Notes under the pieces: model-generated
Told to the model about the DNA's origin: nothing
Databases searched by the model: none
What the model saw: the letters and a program-made list of their open reading frames with translations, nothing else
Origin: Malacoraja senta
Lineage: Eukaryota
Direction: 5' to 3'
NCBI GenBank assembly: GCA_038087875.1
Contig: JAXLNO010000620.1
Span: forward strand, 124,001-188,000
Length of the DNA stretch: 64,000 nt
Translations under genes and position numbers: made by a program
Shown here: positions 61,401 through 64,000 of the stretch, piece by piece
How the letters are laid out: every line of letters starts with the position of its first letter
Position numbering within the stretch: position 1 is the first letter of the stretch

Positions 61401-64000
61401 GGTTCTCTGGATACTTTCAAGAGAGAGCTAGATATGGTTCGTAAAGATAGCGGAGTCAGGGGAAATGGGGAGAAGGCAGGAACGGGGTACTGATTGGGGA
61501 TGATCAGCCATGATCACATTGAATGGCGGTGCTGGCTCGAAGGGCCGAATGGCCTACTCCTGCACATATAGTCTACTGTCTATTGTCTAAAAACAGCTTA
61601 GACCTCATGTTCCTCAGAGTAAATATAGAAAGGAGGTGCAGGAGTAGGCCATTCAGCCCTTTAAACCAGCACCACCATTCCATCCGATCATGGCTAATCA
61701 TCTACAATGATCATCTACAAGTACCCCGTTCCTGCTTCCTCCCCATATCCCTTGATTCCGTTACCTCTTGGAGCTAAATCTAACTCCCTCTTGAATACAT
61801 CCAGTGAATTGGCCTCCACTGCCTTCTGTGGCAGAGAATTCCACAGATTCACAACTCTCTGGTTGAAAGAGTTTTTCCTCATCTCCTATTCAATCTTTTC
61901 CCCTTCATCTTGAACCAAAGTCCTCTTGTCCTACAGTATGTCTCCTTGTCCACGATTCCCCTACTCTGAGCAAGAGATTCTGTGCGTCTACCCGAGCTAT
62001 TCCTCTCATGATTTTATACACCTCCATAAGATCTCCCCTCATCCTCCTGCGCTCCAAGAAATAAAGACCCAGCCTACTCAAGCTCTCCCTTTGGATCAGA
62101 CCCTCTAGTCCTGGGGACTATTGCCTACTATTGATGGGAAGCTGCTGAATGTGTGTGGACTGTATCTCCCAGCGGTCCCGTCCCTGCTCCGTACATTCTC
62201 TAACTCTGTCTCTTTCCATTCAGAGGCCGGCACGGATACGGAGAACTGAGGGTGAAACGTTCATCTAGCATGTGAGTGAGGTGGGCCCGGTCTGGGGGGG
62301 GTGTGAACGGACAGAGAGGGGTTGGGGGTGGGAGAGAGGGGAGGGGGCAGAGATGGTGCGGTGAGGGGTGCTGGGGTGGGAGTGGGAGGTGGGAGAGGTG
62401 GAGATTTCAAGTGAGGGGCCGCTGGAGGACGAACGTTCCCTAATTCTTTGTCTCCTTCCCCGTCTGGGACAGAAGTACCAGTGTAGATGCGTCAGATGTG
62501 TTGGGGTGAGTGTGAGCTGGGACCTCGTGTGTGTGTGTGCGACCGGGGTGGGCAATGGACACAAGGTACCGCAGTGTCATCCAACGTAGAACAGTACAGC
62601 ACGGGAACAGGCCCTTCGGCCCACCATGTCCGTGCTGAACACGACGCCAAGTTCATCTCCTCTGCCTGCATGTGATCCATATCCCTCCATTCCCTGCATA
62701 TCTATGTGCCTATCACAAAGCCTCTTAAATGCCTCTATCATATCCACCTCCACCACCACCCCTGGCAGCACATTCCATGCCCTCAGCACCCTCTGTGTAA
62801 GAACAATCTGCCCACACATCTCCTTTAAACTTTTCCCCTCTCACCTTAAAACTCTGCACTCTCGACTTTAACAATTCCACCCTGGGAAAAAGGGTTTGAC
62901 TATCTCCTCCCACTTTCATGTAATTATATACTTTTATATACTGGTTAGCAAGCAATGTGTTTTGGGACTGGACGAAGCTGGAAAGGGTGAAGAGAAGATT
63001 TATTGCCGTAGTGTGATACAGTGTGGTAACAGGCCCATCAGCACAACTTGCCCACACCGGCCAACATGTCCCAGCTACACTAGTCCCACCTGCCTGCGCT
63101 TGGTCCATATCCCTCCAAACCTGTCCTATCCATGTACCTGTCTAACTGTTTCTTAAACGTTGGGATAGTCCCAGCCTCAACTACCTCCTCTGGCAGCCTG
63201 TTGCATACATCCACCACACATTGTGTGAAAAAGTTACCCCTCAGATTCCTATTAAATCTTTTCCCCTTCATCTTGAACCTACAGTATGTCCTCTGGTCCT
63301 CGATTCCCCTACTCTGTGCAAGAGACTCTGTGCGTCTACCCGATCTATTCCACTCATGATTTTATACACCTCTATAAGATCTCCCCTCATCCTCCTGCGC
63401 TCCAAGGAATAGAGACCCAGCCTACTCAACCTCTCCCTCTAGATCAGACCCCCTAGTCCTGGGGATTTAATCACCTCGATGCTCTTCAAGAGCCCAACGC
63501 CTACTATTGATGGCAAGCTGCTGAATGTTTGTGGACTGTATCTCCCAGCGGTCCCGAAGCTGGAAAGGGTGATGAGAAGATTTTGTGGTGCAGAGCGATA
63601 CAGTGTGGTAACAGTCTCTTCGGCCCAACTTGCCCAGATTTGGTCTCAGAATTCATTCACGTACCTTTAGGAAGGAGATGAGGAGTAGATTCTTTAATCA
63701 GAGGGTGTTGAATCTGTGGATTTTTTTGCCACAGAAGGCTTTGGAGGCTGTCAGTGGATGTATTTAATGCAATTACAGATAGTTTCTTGATTATAATGGG
63801 TGTCAGGGGTTATTGGGAGAAGGCAGGAGAATGGGGTTGAGAAAGATAGATCAGCCATGATTGAATGCTTGAATCAACCTGATGGGCCGAATGGCCTAAT
63901 TCTGCTCCTGTCACTTATGATCTTATTAACGAGAGGGCATAAAATTAAGGTTGACACAAAATGCTGGAGTAACTCAGCGGGTGAGGCAGCATCTCTGGAG
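52430..64000. repeat. Right arm of a large inverted duplication of about 27272-42708 (without the L1)
   Basis: Mirror coordinate sums are about 95140-95160 for the inner part and about 91270 beyond the L1 site. All exons and nested repeats are mirrored with scattered substitutions and indels. Confidence 0.95.
54295..62505 (+). CDS. Secreted SOUL-family precursor, copy B, coding exons 1-7 (continues beyond the window)
   Basis: Exons 54295-54356, 55190-55247, 58142-58259, 59760-59881, 60922-61073, 62224-62271 and 62473-62505. Splice sites are intact and the frame is open. Confidence 0.85.

Overview
Repeat-rich vertebrate genomic DNA. The mix of CR1, L2, Rex/Babar, L1, Tx1 and Penelope fragments, V-SINEs and the TRIM type suggests a cartilaginous fish, probably a skate or ray (inference). 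Most ORF-track entries are retroelement debris; the real genes are spliced and were assembled by hand from splice sites. (1) A minus-strand RING/B-box/coiled-coil TRIM gene (coding exons 1-5 at 4965-1663) has an in-frame TGA in exon 5. (2) A CR1-disrupted coiled-coil plus PRY-SPRY (B30.2) gene remnant lies at 11040-9308. (3) The main finding is a 15-coding-exon minus-strand gene (40847-13087) predicting a 308-aa secreted SOUL/heme-binding-family protein. Its last beta-strand is separated from the rest of the domain by nine phase-2 micro-exons encoding three furin-type sites and an acidic Ser-Gly repeat spacer. Five of these micro-exons come from a 5 x ~2.13-kb tandem array (17053-27684). (4) An inverted, diverged second copy of the gene (plus strand, 54295 to beyond 64000) lies across a 200-N gap; the left copy alone carries a 3.9-kb L1 insertion. 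Many Penelope-type minimal hammerhead ribozyme motifs, hAT and Harbinger MITEs are also present. Family assignments come from recognising motifs, not from database searches.
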